From contig CAWIIB010000001.1 in the NCBI GenBank assembly GCA_963836075.1, positions 1,312,001-1,376,000 on the forward strand: a stretch of DNA of 64,000 nucleotides, given 5' to 3'. Position numbers and translations under genes: made by a program. Origin of the DNA: an uncultured Acidobacteriota bacterium (GTDB taxonomy: Bacteria; Acidobacteriota; JAQAZP01). Shown here piece after piece: positions 9,635 to 18,947 of the stretch. Numbering within the stretch: position 1 is the first letter of the stretch; each line of letters begins with the position of its first letter. Under the pieces are notes generated by a model that worked only from the letters and a program-made list of their open reading frames with translations, was not told the origin of the DNA and made no database searches.

Positions 9635-11131
9635 TCAGGGACGCTCCAGACGGTAGAGCAGCAAGTCGCGCCCGAAGGACCACCGCCCGGCGATACGCCA
9701 CCCGCCCGCCAGGATCTCTTCCCGGTGGGCGATCTCGGCGGCCGGCGTCGAGCCGTCCAGACCCGCCTGGACCCAGGCGGCTCGTCCGCCAAGGGAGGCA
9801 TACCGTTCAGGGCTGCAGGCCAGAGCCTTGGCGTTTCCCGGCACCGCCTCCCCGGTGGTGTAGTAGTGCCGCAACGCCAGTATGTTCTCGCAGCCCACGA
9901 ACTCGCCGGGCCGGGCCTGCTGCTCCAGGTGAGCCGCCAGGCCCTGCCAGTCCTCGCGGTGCACCACATCGGTGGGCAGCCGCCAGGCGGTCCCCAGGGA
10001 GACCAGGTTCGCCCCGGCCAGGAGCAGCGCCGCCGGCCAGAAAAGTCGGCCCCGGCGCCCGGCGGTCACACCCCGGGCGATCAGGATGACAAATCCCGGC
10101 AGCGCTGCCGCCAGGTAACGGGCCCCCAGGTTGAGCTGGAAGAACACCGCTCCCAGGGCCACGGGTAGCAGCAGCACCGCCGCGGCCAGGGCCACGCCCT
10201 CCCGTGCGGGCCCCTGCCCTGTCCGCCATGCCCGGACAAGAAAATAGGCCGCCCCCCCGGCTCCTGCCGCCAGCAGCGCCACCGACAGCGGATCGCCGAG
10301 GATGGCCCGGACGGCCTGACGGCCAAAATTCGCGAAATGATACCCCATCGAGAAGTGGAGATAAACACCGGCCAGCTTTTTGGCCAGGGCGAGCGGGGAG
10401 TCGAGGAGAAAGGCCCGGGTGCCGGCCTGGCGCAGAAACCCGGCCAGCACCGGCGTGGCCAGCAGCAGCATCAGCGCCTGGAGCCGCAGGAGACGGGAGG
10501 TCAGGGCGGCCGGAATTTCGCCGTTGGCCAGGCGGCGCCAGATGAGATAGCCCCAGTGCGAGAGGGGAACCAGCCAGCCCAGGTGGTGGGTGTAGACGCA
10601 GGCCAAACAGGCGGTGACCCACAGAACACCGGCCATCCGTCCCCGGACCGCCGCCCCCCCGGTGCCGCAAAGCATGGCCAGGGCCAGGTGGGCAAAAACA
10701 GCGGCGGCGCCCAGCAGGGAATACATCCGCACCTCCCCGCCGCTCTGGACGAGACAGGGCGAGAGGGCGGCGATCAGACCGGCGGCCCAGCCACCGGCCC
10801 GGCCCAGCAGTTGCCGTCCCAGAAGACAGATTCCGGCCACGGCCAGACACCCGAAGACCAGGGAGAGCGACCGGGCCGCGGCGTCACCACCGCCAAACAG
10901 CGCCCCCCAGGCCTTGAGCAGCAGGTAGTAGAGCGGCGGGTGGACATCGGCAGCGCCGATAACGGAGACCGCGGCGATCCGTCCGGCATCCTGGGCGGCA
11001 AAGGCCAGCGAGTAGGCCTCGTCGCCCCACAGGCTGCGCGTAGCGATGCCGGGCAGCCTGACCAGGGCGGCCAGCAACACACAGATTGTTATCGGGATGG
11101 CTTTCCGAAGTCCCGCCCGTTCTTCGCTCAT
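9635..11131 (-). CDS. GT-C fold membrane glycosyltransferase (PMT_2-like)
   Basis: SLWGDEAYS, DVHPPLYY, EVRMY, YTHH, multi-TM. Confidence 0.85.
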   Translation of the reverse strand: MSEERAGLRKAIPITICVLLAALVRLPGIATRSLWGDEAYSLAFAAQDAGRIAAVSVIGAADVHPPLYYLLLKAWGALFGGGDAAARSLSLVFGCLAVAGICLLGRQLLGRAGGWAAGLIAALSPCLVQSGGEVRMYSLLGAAAVFAHLALAMLCGTGGAAVRGRMAGVLWVTACLACVYTHHLGWLVPLSHWGYLIWRRLANGEIPAALTSRLLRLQALMLLLATPVLAGFLRQAGTRAFLLDSPLALAKKLAGVYLHFSMGYHFANFGRQAVRAILGDPLSVALLAAGAGGAAYFLVRAWRTGQGPAREGVALAAAVLLLPVALGAVFFQLNLGARYLAAALPGFVILIARGVTAGRRGRLFWPAALLLAGANLVSLGTAWRLPTDVVHREDWQGLAAHLEQQARPGEFVGCENILALRHYYTTGEAVPGNAKALACSPERYASLGGRAAWVQAGLDGSTPAAEIAHREEILAGGWRIAGRWSFGRDLLLYRLERP

Positions 11132-11235
11132 ACGCTCCAGATCCTCTAACTGTTGGTGGGGCCGCGTGTTACTGACGCAAATCGGGAGTATAGCATTGTT
11201 GCCGTGGTTTCAGAACCGGCGTGAGGTAGCCACAA

Positions 11236-13449
11236 TCAGGCAAAACCGGAGGGATCCACCTCGCCCTCGCTCCCCCTGGGGAGGTGCGTGAGCAGCGGGC
11301 AGTCCTCGTCCCTGTTGTCGAGATGGGCCTCGGCGTGGATCTGCTCCACGGCACGGGACACGCTGCGGTAGAAATTCTCGTGGCCGACTTTGTCGTAGAG
11401 GTGCGTCCTCTTCATCACCCGGAGCACCTTGTCATTGCAGCCGCTGACCGAGAACTTGACCCCCGCCTCGTGCAGGCGGTCGGCCAGCAGGGAGAGGATA
11501 TCCTCGCCCGATGCGTCCAGTTCGTTGATCCCGTTGCCCACCAAAACCACGTGCTTCACCTGGGGCATGGCGGTCACCTGGTCGATCAGCTTGTCCTCGA
11601 GGTAGCTGACATTGGCGAAGATCAGCGACCCGCTGAAGCGGATCACCACGATGTGGTCGCAGGTCTGGAGCTTCCACAGTTCAGCGTTGCGGAAGGAGCC
11701 GTCAGGGTGTTTGGAGAGCACGGCCACTTCCGGCTTCATGTTGCGCAGCAGGTAGAGGACGACGGAGAGCAGCACACCGATGATGATCCCCCGGTCGAGG
11801 TGCGGGGCGAAGAGCAGGGTGGCGACAAAGCTGATCACCGAGATGATCCCGTCATAGGGCTGGGCCCGGTAGGCGTGGATGAAACCGGAGACGTTGAGCA
11901 GCCCGATCACCGCCATCATGATGATCGCCGCCAGCACCGCCTGCGGCAGATGGTAGAGCAGCGGGGTGAAGAAGAGCAGGGTGATCACCACGATCAGGGA
12001 ACTGATCACGTTGGAAAACCCGCTGACCCCGCCGGCCTGGAGATTCACCGCCGACCTGGAAAAAGAACCCGACACGGGGTAGCTCTGCCCCACCGAACCG
12101 AGGATGTTCCCCAGCCCCTGGCCGATCAGTTCCTGGTTGGGATCAAGGCGCTGACCCGTCTTGGCCGCCATGGCCTTGGCGATGGAGATGGCCTCCATGA
12201 AGCCCAGCAGGGAGATGATCACCGCCATGGGAAAGAGCCGCAGCACGATACTCCCGTCGGGCCGCGGCAGGGCCATTTTGGGCAGCCCCTGGGGGATGAC
12301 CCCCACCACCGCGCCTCCGCCGCTCATCCGCAGGGCGCTCTCGTCCAACGCGCCATTTCCCACCCTGATACGCCAGGTCCGGCCGTCATCCCCCAGCCCG
12401 CCGGGAACCTCCCCCCGGAGAAAAAACCGGTATGCCGATTCGGCCGCGGGACCTGGTGGTATTCCGGCAAACTTGAACTTGCGCAGCACGGCGCGGAACC
12501 GGGTCGATTCCTCCTTCAACTCGTCTATTTCCAGGTTGAGCAGTTCCAGGCGGTGCCGCAGCTTGACCAGTTCCGCATACATCGCCTCACCTTCGGCATG
12601 AGACGCTTCCTGGTATTGTCCGTCAACCCGGGTGCGCTCCACCGCGGCCTCGGTCATCTTCTCCAGGCTCCGGTTATAGCCGCTGACCATCCTCCGCACC
12701 TCGGACGCCTGAATCGCTTCCAGGGCGGCCGGCTGGTCGTGCTCGAATCCGATGGCCCAGGAGATGATCGTGGTCACCACCACCGCCACCAGCACGTTGG
12801 GAATCCGCGGATTGAACTTTTTCAAACCGGCCATCAGGGCGAAGGCCAGCGCAGCCAGGGCGAGGGTGGGCCAGTGGGTATAATCCCAGGCGGCAACAAC
12901 CACGTTCCAGATGGTTTCGTAATGGTGTTCGGCCTTGTCCACGTAAACGCCAAAGACTTTCGACAGCTGGGAGGAGGCAATGATCAGGGCCGCGGCGTTG
13001 GTAAACCCGTTGACCACCGGGTGGGAGAGGAAGTTGACCACCAACCCCAGGCGGAAGACCCCCAGCAGGAACTGGAAGATACCCACCAGCAGGGCGAGAA
13101 TGATGGCGTAGCCGATGAAGGCTTCGCTGCCCGCGGTGGCCAACGGTTCCAGAGCCGTGGCGGTCATCAGCGAGACCACCGCCACCGGGCCGGTGGCCAG
13201 CTGGAAGCTGGAACCGAAGAGTGAGGCGACCATCGGCGGTAAAAAGGCCGCGTAGAGACCGTAGTACGCCGGCAGACCGGCCAACTGGGCATAGGCCATG
13301 GACTGGGGAATGAGCACCAGGGCCACGGTGAGCCCGGCAATCACATCGGCACGGGCCGCCGCCCCGGTGTAGCCCTTGAACCATCCGATGAAGGGCAGGA
13401 ACCGCACCAGCAAACCGGCCCGACGGAGCCGTAGCCGGACCACCGTCAT
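11236..13449 (-). CDS. SulP/SLC26 anion transporter with C-terminal STAS domain and a large internal insertion
   Basis: AGLTVALVLIPQSMAYA, NQELIGQG, GSFSRSA, STAS (IRFSGSLIFAN..DASG). Exact start uncertain. Confidence 0.93.
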   Translation of the reverse strand: MTVVRLRLRRAGLLVRFLPFIGWFKGYTGAAARADVIAGLTVALVLIPQSMAYAQLAGLPAYYGLYAAFLPPMVASLFGSSFQLATGPVAVVSLMTATALEPLATAGSEAFIGYAIILALLVGIFQFLLGVFRLGLVVNFLSHPVVNGFTNAAALIIASSQLSKVFGVYVDKAEHHYETIWNVVVAAWDYTHWPTLALAALAFALMAGLKKFNPRIPNVLVAVVVTTIISWAIGFEHDQPAALEAIQASEVRRMVSGYNRSLEKMTEAAVERTRVDGQYQEASHAEGEAMYAELVKLRHRLELLNLEIDELKEESTRFRAVLRKFKFAGIPPGPAAESAYRFFLRGEVPGGLGDDGRTWRIRVGNGALDESALRMSGGGAVVGVIPQGLPKMALPRPDGSIVLRLFPMAVIISLLGFMEAISIAKAMAAKTGQRLDPNQELIGQGLGNILGSVGQSYPVSGSFSRSAVNLQAGGVSGFSNVISSLIVVITLLFFTPLLYHLPQAVLAAIIMMAVIGLLNVSGFIHAYRAQPYDGIISVISFVATLLFAPHLDRGIIIGVLLSVVLYLLRNMKPEVAVLSKHPDGSFRNAELWKLQTCDHIVVIRFSGSLIFANVSYLEDKLIDQVTAMPQVKHVVLVGNGINELDASGEDILSLLADRLHEAGVKFSVSGCNDKVLRVMKRTHLYDKVGHENFYRSVSRAVEQIHAEAHLDNRDEDCPLLTHLPRGSEGEVDPSGFA

Positions 13450-13612
13450 CGCGCGCCTGGGCTCGCTTTTTCCTCATGAACCCTTGGGTGTTTCAGAATA
13501 GTTCGTGGTTCATCCGGGGCCGGAACACAACGAACCAGGCCCGTCTCACGGGCGGGAATATACCACTAAACATTGCGATCTGGAAGCCGTCCGCCATCAG
13601 TCGCGGCCATCA

Positions 13613-14110
13613 TCAGGCCGGTGTGAGCCCGAAGCGCTGGACGATCCAGTCGGCCAGCGCCATTGTCTCCCCGGGTTTGAACCATACCAGTTCCCCGTCG
13701 GGCGCCGTCCGGCTCACCACGGCCAGCAGCCCCGGGTCTCCGGCGTTGAGCGGGGCGAGGGATGGCGGCACGCACTCGACTTTTGGCGCTTCGGGATTGC
13801 CGCGTCCTTCCCAGAGTACCAGGTCCTTGCCCTGGAACAGAGTCTGGTGCAGCTCCCGCACCATCTCGTCTTCCGGCCGGTTGGTGTGGCACGACCAGCG
13901 GTCCGGCGCGATAATTACGGCAACGGCGCTGCCGGCCTGGCGGTGCTGCCAGGAGTCTTTTCCCGGCGTGTCGAACTCGTGCTCGTGAGAGGTGTGCTTC
14001 ACCGTGGCCAGCACCAGGCCCCGCCGCACCAGTTCCTCGATCAACCCCGACATCAGGGTGGTCTTGCCGCTGTTCTTCCGCCCGACAATGCTCAGGTGCT
14101 CGGCCATCAT
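13613..14110 (-). CDS. mobB: Molybdopterin-guanine dinucleotide biosynthesis protein B
   Basis: GRKNSGKTT Walker A, VKHTSH, DTPGKDSW; adjacent to mobA. Confidence 0.9.
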   Translation of the reverse strand: MMAEHLSIVGRKNSGKTTLMSGLIEELVRRGLVLATVKHTSHEHEFDTPGKDSWQHRQAGSAVAVIIAPDRWSCHTNRPEDEMVRELHQTLFQGKDLVLWEGRGNPEAPKVECVPPSLAPLNAGDPGLLAVVSRTAPDGELVWFKPGETMALADWIVQRFGLTPA

Positions 14111-14696
14111 CCGTTTCCTTCCAGATCGCGCAGCCACTCCAGGTCTTCCACCCGGTTGACGTTGAACAGCGACAGGCCGGGATGGGAGGGGACCACCTTC
14201 ACCCAACAAAGCTCGCGGAACCCGGAGTCGATTTTGTAGTCCCCCTGCTCCAGACGCCGGCGCCAGTAGCCACCGGTATCGCGGTGGTAGAGCGCGGCCA
14301 GCGGTTCGGGCCGGACCCCGCCGCTGAGCGCCGCCACCCGGTCACCGTCGGAAACCCGTTCCACCAGCAACCGCAGGTCTGCGGCTGTGAGCAGCGGCAT
14401 GTCCCCGGCCACCACCAGGGCCCAGCGGGTGGGACAGGCCGGGAGCAGGGCTGCCAGGCCGCCGAGGGGGCCGCACCCGGGCCGGGCGTCGGCAATGATC
14501 CGTCCGGGATCGGGCCAGATACCGTCCAGGTTGTCACCCACCGCAAAGGGCGGTCGGCCCAGTACCTGTTCCAGCAGGCTGCCCGCCCGCTGAAGCAGGG
14601 TCCGCCCCCCACCTCGAAGAGCCGCTTGTCCCGACCCATCCGGGTGGCCCGGCCGCCGGCCAGCACAAACCCGGTCACCTCCTCGATCTCCGCCAC
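14107..14696 (-). CDS. mobA: Molybdenum cofactor guanylyltransferase, apparent frameshift (one G missing in the G6 run at 14605-14610)
   Basis: N-terminus VLAGGRATRMGRDK in one frame; GPLGGL, GDMPLL, PEPLAALY, NVNR in another. GTG start at 14696 with GGGAGG RBS. Confidence 0.85.
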
Positions 14697-14852
14697 TGGC
14701 CCCTCCCTGCTCGCCGCCCGGCAATCCACCGGCCAGCATGAAACGCCACAGGGCCGATGATACACGAGGCGCTGGGCAGGGAAAAGGGTGCCAAATCGTT
14801 GTATACTCTAAAATCCTGATTTTCTAACCACCGTCTTCCGCCGGAGGTTTTC

Positions 14853-16172
14853 TTGATTCAGCTCCTTCCCAGATGTGTCCTGCTGGTCCTGGCCATGCTG
14901 GCCGCTGCCGCCGCTCCGGCAACGGCGACGACGACGCAGGACGAACAGTCCGCCGCCTGGTCACCGCTGAGACCCGGGGAGGCCCCGGCGGCACTGTCCG
15001 CCAGAGCGGCCGAGTTCTTCAACCTGGCTGGCCGGCGCCAGTGGGACGGAGCGGCGTCGATGGTCTCCCGGCGTTCCAGAGACCTTTTCTCCATACCGGA
15101 CGACGCGCTGCCCGAGGCGATCCTGACCCACATCACCTTCAATCCGGGAAGGATTCTCCAGCTGGAACTGACCGGCAAAAGCTGGTATCACCTTTCCCCT
15201 TCCCGCCGGCCGTCAGGAAAGGGCCGCCCCGGGGAATCCGACATCTTCCAGATGGAAATCCTGCTGCAGGATGAGGATTACTACCCGGAGATGACCCTGC
15301 TCTGGATCTTCGAGGACCAGGACTGGCGTCTGCTCAGCGACGACATCTACCACCACTACCTGACCCTGGACATCCCCGGTGACAGCCGGGGTCTCTGCAC
15401 CAGGTTCATGAGGCTGCTGCGCCACGGACAGTGGGCCGAGGCCGCGGAGATGGTATCCGTGCGCACGGCGCGACTCCCGTTCTCGCCGGTTGGCGGCGGA
15501 GCCAGGGAGCTGGTACACGCCCTGACCCTCGTGCCGGGGAAGGACACGTTCAAGGAGTTCGTCCTCACCTTCGACCGGGACAGCTGGTGCGAGATCGGAC
15601 AATACGATGCAGATCAGGGCTGGTTTGAAATGCGGATGCATCGGCTGAGCAGCGGCGTGGAAGAGATCTCCCTGATCTGGGTCCGCGAAGAAGGCAGTTG
15701 GAAGGCGTTCTGCGACGCGGACTACCTCCGCTACCTCGACCTGGAGCCCCCGGAACGGATGCCGCCGGCCCTGCTCGAGACGGTGGAGCGATATCACATC
15801 AACTTCTGCCGCGGCTTCAACCGCCAGTGGTGGGTCGACTGGAGCGACAAGTCCCTGTGGAAAGCCTACGACCTGGGCTCTGAGAAGCTGCGAGCCCGCA
15901 TGTCGTTCAGCGAGTTTGCCACATTTCCGAATCCCCTGCCGGTGCCGCGATTCAACATCAAATACCTCCGGATAGCCGGTTTCGCGGTACGCCAGGGCGG
16001 CCTTGTGGAGGTGGTGGTCATTCTTCGAGGAGGGGGGCCGGGCGCCCGGATGGAGGCACCGGATACCTCCCAGTGGATCGAGGTTGACGGCCACTGGCGG
16101 CGCACCACCGCGGAAGTGGAAGAGATCAGACCTCTTGCACCGCCCACTGCTCATCGACCCACAGGCCGATGA
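14853..16172 (+). CDS. Secreted hypothetical protein with three tandem NTF2-like repeats
   Basis: Signal peptide (LLVLAMLAAAAAPATA); repeated F..L...QW..A..MVS.R and W..E...W segments. Confidence 0.6.
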   Translation: MIQLLPRCVLLVLAMLAAAAAPATATTTQDEQSAAWSPLRPGEAPAALSARAAEFFNLAGRRQWDGAASMVSRRSRDLFSIPDDALPEAILTHITFNPGRILQLELTGKSWYHLSPSRRPSGKGRPGESDIFQMEILLQDEDYYPEMTLLWIFEDQDWRLLSDDIYHHYLTLDIPGDSRGLCTRFMRLLRHGQWAEAAEMVSVRTARLPFSPVGGGARELVHALTLVPGKDTFKEFVLTFDRDSWCEIGQYDADQGWFEMRMHRLSSGVEEISLIWVREEGSWKAFCDADYLRYLDLEPPERMPPALLETVERYHINFCRGFNRQWWVDWSDKSLWKAYDLGSEKLRARMSFSEFATFPNPLPVPRFNIKYLRIAGFAVRQGGLVEVVVILRGGGPGARMEAPDTSQWIEVDGHWRRTTAEVEEIRPLAPPTAHRPTGR

Positions 16173-16497
16173 CCTCCACTGCCGGGTATCGGCCGCGGAT
16201 CAGTTCAACGGCCCGGGAGATCTGTTCCAGCTGGGTTTCCTTGTCCACCGGGTTCCCGGCGCAGTCATGGTGACCCACCACACAGACGGCCCGCGACCCG
16301 TGCTTGTCCACCGAAATGGCGATGCGGTGGAATACCGATTCCAGCAGGCCGGGATCCTCCCCCCCGGCGAGAATGCTGATCGGTCCCGGCTCGGTTATGG
16401 TGTCCACATAGGTGGAACCGAAACGCCGTCGCATGAACTCGTTCACCGGCAGTTGTGTGCGGCCGTCCATACAGTTGATCGCGGTGCAGAAACTCAT
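16126..16497 (-). CDS. Putative small beta-type carbonic anhydrase
   Basis: NCMDGR and GHHDCAGN Zn-ligand motifs. Confidence 0.8.
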   Translation of the reverse strand: MSFCTAINCMDGRTQLPVNEFMRRRFGSTYVDTITEPGPISILAGGEDPGLLESVFHRIAISVDKHGSRAVCVVGHHDCAGNPVDKETQLEQISRAVELIRGRYPAVEVIGLWVDEQWAVQEV

Positions 16498-16511
16498 CCC
16501 TTCCTCTCCAG

Positions 16512-17798
16512 TCAGATTTCCGTGCCCGAGGGTATAATCGCCCCGCGCTGGATGATGGTGATCCCGTCACGGATCCAGTAGTGGTCTTCGCGGACTTCCC
16601 GGTCCTGGGGCTGTGGCCGGATCACCACACCGTCGCCGATGCGGGCGTTCTTGTCGATGATCGTCCGCTCGATGACGCAGTAGCGGCCGATGCCCAGGGC
16701 CGGGATGTCCTCCCCGCCATTGATCATCCGCCGGCTCACGTCCTCACCTTCAAAAAAGTCGGCCCCGTGCATCACCACGTGGTCCAGCCGCGACCCCTCC
16801 CTGATGTTGGAGCGCACCCCGACAATGGAGTCGCTGATCACCGCGCCGGTGATGTCCGACCCCTCCACCACCAGGCTGTCACGGATCTCGGAACGGATGA
16901 TCCGGCTGGGGGGCAGCGAACGGGTGCGCGTGTAGATGGGCCAGCCCGGCTTGTAGAGACTGAACGGGGGCCGGGGCTGGGCCAGGGAGATGTTGGCTTC
17001 GAAAAAGGCCTCGATGGTCCCGATGTCCTCCCAGTGATCGGCGAAGGGGTAGGCCATCACCCGGCGCCGGCCCACGGCCGCGGGGAGGATGTCCTTGCCG
17101 AAATCCTTACGTTCGCGGTCCTCCAGGTCTTCCACCAGGACACTGGTGTCAAAGGAGTAGATCCCCATGGAGGCCAGGTAGCGGTCTTCGCGGATCTCCA
17201 GCCCGCGGGAGCGGAAAAAACTGCCCGGCGCCCGGAAACGGTCCAGCACGTCCGGGTCCGTCGGTTTCTCCACGAACTCCAGCACCTCCCCTTCATCGCT
17301 GACCCGCAACAGCCCCATCCGCGGGGCCTCCTCCCGGCTCACCGGGTAGACCCCGAGGGTGATCCCGGCGCCGCTCTCGCGGTGGTAGCGCACCAGGTCC
17401 CCATAGTCCATGCGGTAGAGGTGGTCACCGGAGAGGATCACCACCTGCTCCGGCTGGTAGTAGGTAGTGTGGTTCAGCGTTGCCCGGACGGCATCGGCGG
17501 TACCCTGAAACCAGTCGGAACTCTGGGGCGTCTGCTCCGCGGCGAGGATATCCACAAAGCCGTCGGAAAAGGTGTCGAAGGCGTAGGTCTGCATGATGTG
17601 GCGGTGCAGACTGGCCGACATGAACTGGGTCAGCACAAACACACGTTCGATCCCGGAATTGATGCAATTGGAGATGGGAATGTCGATCAGCCGGTACTTG
17701 CCGGCGAAACTGACCGCCGGCTTGGCCCGCTCGAGGGTCAGGGGAAAAAGCCGCGTCCCCCGGCCGCCGCCCAGGATCACTGCTGCCACGCGCTTCAC
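16512..17798 (-). CDS. glgC: Glucose-1-phosphate adenylyltransferase
   Basis: ILGGGRGTRLFPLT..RAKPAV, FQGTADAV, LSGDHLYRMDY, FVEKP, WEDIGT. Confidence 0.97.
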   Translation of the reverse strand: MKRVAAVILGGGRGTRLFPLTLERAKPAVSFAGKYRLIDIPISNCINSGIERVFVLTQFMSASLHRHIMQTYAFDTFSDGFVDILAAEQTPQSSDWFQGTADAVRATLNHTTYYQPEQVVILSGDHLYRMDYGDLVRYHRESGAGITLGVYPVSREEAPRMGLLRVSDEGEVLEFVEKPTDPDVLDRFRAPGSFFRSRGLEIREDRYLASMGIYSFDTSVLVEDLEDRERKDFGKDILPAAVGRRRVMAYPFADHWEDIGTIEAFFEANISLAQPRPPFSLYKPGWPIYTRTRSLPPSRIIRSEIRDSLVVEGSDITGAVISDSIVGVRSNIREGSRLDHVVMHGADFFEGEDVSRRMINGGEDIPALGIGRYCVIERTIIDKNARIGDGVVIRPQPQDREVREDHYWIRDGITIIQRGAIIPSGTEI

Positions 17799-17843
17799 GA
17801 GTTCGTACCTCCTCTCCGTAAATGGAAACCGCCGCCCCGGGTC

Positions 17844-18182
17844 TCAGACCTCGATGCCGAAGTAGACCAGCACCAGGTCCCTGTCGCCGGTATTGACCAG
17901 TTCATGTTCTTCGCCCGGTGAAACCGCGATGCAATCCGCAGCGGCCAGGGAAACCTCCCCGCCCTCTCCACGCAACAGGCCCGTTCCGGACTGCACCAGA
18001 AACACCTCGCACATGTCGGGGTGCGCGTGGGCACCGGCCGCCTCTCCGGGAGGGAATACCGCCCTGGAGAAACCGGTGAGGTGGGGGATGTCCCCCCGCC
18101 GGAGAAACACCTTCTTGCGGATCAGCGGATTGTGCGACACCGCCTCCTCCGCCAGCTGGTCCAGTGAGACAATTTTCATCAC
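17844..18182 (-). CDS. Cupin-domain protein
   Basis: HAHPDMCEVF..GTG and PGEEHELVN cupin motifs. Confidence 0.88.
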   Translation of the reverse strand: MMKIVSLDQLAEEAVSHNPLIRKKVFLRRGDIPHLTGFSRAVFPPGEAAGAHAHPDMCEVFLVQSGTGLLRGEGGEVSLAAADCIAVSPGEEHELVNTGDRDLVLVYFGIEV

Positions 18183-18360
18183 GTATGGTATCCGGAATCA
18201 ATCATCCGTCAAGTCGCCGCGCTTCCAAGACGGCTCGCCAGGGGAGAATATCTCGCAACTGTCTATTTTTGCTAGAATAGCATAGATTCAGGGCAACGTG
18301 TAGAGTTGGCAAAGAGCCGTGGAACCTGCCGCCCGGGCCCCTTTCTAGACTGGGAAACGA

Positions 18361-18921
18361 ATGAGCAACTATGTCGACTGGGTCACCCAATGGCCCCTCC
18401 TTTCCGCCGCGGTGCAGTTCGCCATCCTCGGTACGCTGGGCGAGGTTCTCTCCCATTCCATCAGGATGAAAAGAGCGGCCATACCGTGCACACCGCTGCA
18501 GCTGCTGGGGAAAATCGCCGCCTGGGCGCTGCTGGGCGTAATCATCAAGTATGGCTTCAGCGGCATGAAAGGCTTTACCCGGGCGCTGGTGGAGCACCAG
18601 TTGCTGCCCGGCTTCATGGGCCACGGTGTGGGCTGGGCCCTGGGGGTCTCCGTCTTCACCAACCTGCTGTTCGGGCCACAGATGATGTTCTTCCACCGGC
18701 TGGAAGACAACCTGATTCTGGGGACCCGGGGGTTCAAAGGTCTGACCACCGCCTGGTGGACGTTGATCTGGTTCTGGATCCCGGCGCACACGGTGACCTT
18801 CAGCCTCCCTCGCCCCTACCAGATCGGCCTGGCGGCAATCTGGGGGCTGGTGCTGGGGGTGATCCTCGGCGCCAGCAAACAAAAAAACGCCGCCCCGGAA
18901 GGGAGCGGGGCGGCGGATTGA
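18361..18921 (+). CDS. Mpv17/PMP22-like membrane protein
   Basis: Hydrophobic; FWIPAHTVTFSLP motif. Confidence 0.75.
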   Translation: MSNYVDWVTQWPLLSAAVQFAILGTLGEVLSHSIRMKRAAIPCTPLQLLGKIAAWALLGVIIKYGFSGMKGFTRALVEHQLLPGFMGHGVGWALGVSVFTNLLFGPQMMFFHRLEDNLILGTRGFKGLTTAWWTLIWFWIPAHTVTFSLPRPYQIGLAAIWGLVLGVILGASKQKNAAPEGSGAAD

Positions 18922-18947
18922 AATCAGATCAACATTCTGCTTCCGGA

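Noticed and set aside
14605-14610. Programmed frameshift or phase variation in mobA
   Set aside because: A G6 run is short for phase variation and is a typical long-read deletion site; no stimulatory structure identified
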